Translations under genes and position numbers: made by a program
NCBI RefSeq assembly: GCF_964213995.1
Contig: NW_027590170.1
Coordinates: forward strand, 868,001 to 932,000
DNA: 64,000 bases
From: Mustelus asterias
Lineage: Eukaryota
Reading direction: 5' to 3'
Notes under the pieces: generated by a model
Told to the model about the DNA's origin: nothing
The model's input: the letters and a program-made list of their open reading frames with translations, nothing else
Databases searched by the model: none
Shown: positions 61,423 through 64,000 of the stretch, in pieces
Layout of the letters: each line of letters begins with the position of its first letter
Numbering within the stretch: the stretch's first letter is position 1

Positions 61423-62576
61423 TTCATTCATCTTTCTCATGTAGGGGGAGAGAAATCTGTATCATTTCAGTTCATTGCTGAACATTATCCGAATCTCGAT
61501 GTTACAGCCATATTATCTTTGCCCTAAAGCTGGGCCTCAAATGTTTTCTATAAAATAAGAAATGCTGATTCATTTTTTGACACACTGACAGGAAAGAAAC
61601 GTTTCGATTGTGACACATATTCGCATCTCGTTCAGTCTACAACAGAATTTAATGGGTTTATAGGTGCAGACTAACATGGTTAATCACCATCTGAAACATA
61701 TCTTATAGTAATGTGTGCTCCAGAAGACTGACACAAGTGATCTACATGAAAGACACTCATTTCCCACAAGATTCTTTTTTGAAATCGTTCTTCACAACAA
61801 AGAAATAGGGAGAAAAAAAAACTCAAACAGATGAGGGAATCGAGACTCAGTGCGGTTCTCCTGGACTTTCCTATTAATGGCCAGAATTTATGCGTCTGAA
61901 TGTTTCACGCCCATTATAAAAAAGGCTCAAGTGTCACGAACAGATAATTCTTGAATCTCTTCCATTCAAATGAAGTTGACTCTGTGTGAAAGCTGACTAT
62001 GTTCAATCGCAAAATTGCGATCGGTATTACCCGGTGACTCGATTCCTTCTGTTGGTCAGTTATGTTTGCAATTCAATGATATTCAATTTCAGAGATATTC
62101 AATTCATAATGACGTGTTAAATAATGCATTGATGCTAAATATTGAAACAAATACTGAGTACAATTGTAAAATGAGCCTTGACAAAGTGTCATCTGGACTT
62201 GAAACGACAGCCCTTTTCACTCCTTACATTTGCTGTCAGAGCTTCTGAGATTTTCCAGCATTTTCTCTTTTGGTTTCCTATTCCAGCATCCGCAGTAATT
62301 TGCTTTTATTACTGAGTACAGTTGGTTGAGATTATTCGAAGAAAGATGAGAATGATGCATTAATGAATGGGCAGAAATCATTGCTCCCTTAGATATTTGC
62401 GGGACGAACGCTTTTAAATTTTGATGTTTGAGATAAGTTGAGCAATCAGATTGAAAGTAACGGTTATCTTCCTGAATTCAGTGACATGGGCTCTCAGTCT
62501 CACCATCGGAACCTGCAACAAGACAGCGGAGTTGAACATTGCAGATAGGCAGCTTTGCTCTAACGTGTTTTAGGCT

Positions 62577-62649
62577 GTTTCTGTAGTGTAGTGGTTAACA
62601 CATTCGCTAAACACGCAAATAGTCCCCGCTTCGAAACCAAGTAGAAGCA
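62577..62649 (+). pseudogene. tRNA-Val(AAC)-like pseudogene
   Basis: GTTTCTGTAGTGTAGTGGTTAACACATTCGCTAAACACGC...; stems damaged. Confidence 0.78.
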
Positions 62650-63789
62650 TTCATTAAGCTTTCGCATGTCGTGTAAGGAAAAATTGCTTGATTTCAGTTA
62701 ATTGCTCAACATTATCCGAAACCCGATGTTAATGGCATGTTATCATTGCTCTGGCATCACTCTCAAGTGTTTTCTGTGAAATAAGAAACGATTTTTTTTT
62801 GACGCACTGACAGGAAAGTTCGATTTTGACACCGAACACATATTCGCATCTCGTTCAGACTACAACAGAATTTAATGGGCTTATAGATGCAGATTAATAT
62901 GGTTAATCACCATCTGAAATATCTGATAGTAGTGTGTGTTCAAAAAGTGATACTGTAAGTGAATTGGAGGAAATGGCGCACATTTCACAGAAGAATCTTT
63001 TTTAAAATGGTTTTTCGTCACTAAGAAACAGGAAAAGACACTCAGGCAGATGAGGAAATCGAGACTCACTGCGGATCGACTGGACTTTCCTGTAAAGGGC
63101 CGGGATTTATGCGCCTGAATGTTTCACGCCCGTAATAAAAAAGGCTCAAGTGTCACGAACAGATAGTTCTTGATTCTCCTCCATTTAAATGTCGTTGACT
63201 TTGTTTAAAATTTGACGATAGTCAATCTCAAATTTGCGATCTGTATTAGCCGGTGATTCGATTCGTTCTGTTGGTCAGTTATGTTTGCAATTCAGTGATG
63301 TTCAATTTCAGAGATATTCAATTCATAATGAAGACATATGTGTTAAATAACGCATTGATATTAAATATTGAAACAAATACTGTGTACAATTGTACAATAA
63401 GCTTTGATAAAGTGTCATCTGGACTTGAAACGTCCGCCCTTTTCACTCCTTACAGGTGCTGCCAGACATTGGGAGATTTTGCAGCATTTTCTCTTTTCTC
63501 ATCCGCAGTAATTTGCTTTTATTAATGAGTACAATTGATTGAGATTGTTCGAAGAAAGATGGAAATGACGCATTAACGAATGGGCAGAAATCATTGCTCC
63601 CTTAGATATTTGCCAGAAGAAGGATTTTGAATTTTGATGTTCGGGATAAGTCGCAGAATCAGATTGAAAGTGACGGTTATCTTCCTGAATTCAGTGACAT
63701 GGGCTCTCAGTCTCACCATCGGAACCTGCAGCATCACAGCGTAGTTGAACATTGCAGACAGGCAGATTTGCTCCAGTGCGATTACAGCT

Positions 63790-63862
63790 GTTTCTGTAGT
63801 GTAGTGGTTATCACATTCGCCTAACACGCGTAAGGTTCCTGGTCCGAAACCAGGTAGAAACA
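63790..63862 (+). tRNA. tRNA-Val(AAC), best-preserved copy, function doubtful
   Basis: GTTTCTGTAGTGTAGTGGTTATCACATTCGCCTAACACGCGTAAGGTTCCTGGTCCGAAACCAGGTAGAAACA; T-stem paired, but T-loop reads TCC instead of TTC and there is one anticodon-stem mismatch. Confidence 0.6.
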
Positions 63863-64000
63863 CTCATTCAGCTTCCTCATGCCGCGTAAGAGAAAATTGA
63901 TTGATTTTAGTTTGTTCCGAATCAGTTTCCGAGCCTCGATTTTAACGGCATGTTATCATTGCTCTGACGTCACCCTCAAATGCTTTCTGTGAAATAAGAA

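Larger units (their letters stand above)
56010..64000 (+). repeat. Right tandem array of ~1.1-1.25 kb tRNA-Val units (7 tRNA copies), inverted relative to the left array; runs off the window
   Basis: Reverse-complement homologues of the left-array blocks (gcagaaatcattgctccc; ctacaacagaatttaatgggtttataggtgcagactaac). Confidence 0.93.

Noticed and set aside
1-64000. CRISPR array, rRNA, prokaryotic operons, TCR/Ig D or J segments, IgM TM exons
   Set aside because: None found. Repeats are kb-scale units or retroelements; no 12-RSS with an FGxG/WGxG J motif and no Ig transmembrane exon was recognised.

Overview
Eukaryotic genomic DNA, almost certainly from a shark (inferred from HE1-type V-SINEs, elasmobranch-type CR1 LINEs, shark-type IgM constant exons and GPR139-like paralogues). 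The window is a retroelement-rich mosaic of multigene-family pieces. Two oppositely oriented tandem arrays of a ~1.1-1.25 kb unit, each unit carrying a mostly degenerate tRNA-Val, sit at the ends (~0.6-8.2 kb on -, ~56-64 kb on +). There are three T-cell-receptor alpha/delta V segments with 23-bp-spacer RSSs: one intact (-) and two disrupted by CR1 insertions (+). Also present are an isolated IgM Cmu3-Cmu4-secretory-tail exon pair, two GPR139-like GPCR pseudogenes and three tRNA-Arg genes/pseudogenes. The most unusual features are two tRNA-Pro genes (TGG and AGG) that each carry an 18-nt intron at the canonical 37/38 position, with intron-anticodon pairing that covaries with the anticodon. A large share of the window is CR1, Rex1/Babar, Penelope-like (with hammerhead ribozyme motifs) and SINE debris, often nested. 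One CR1 3' region carries an extra, highly structured ~125-nt module. All calls were made by eye; no searches or folding were run, and mobile-element boundaries without a target-site duplication (TSD) are approximate.
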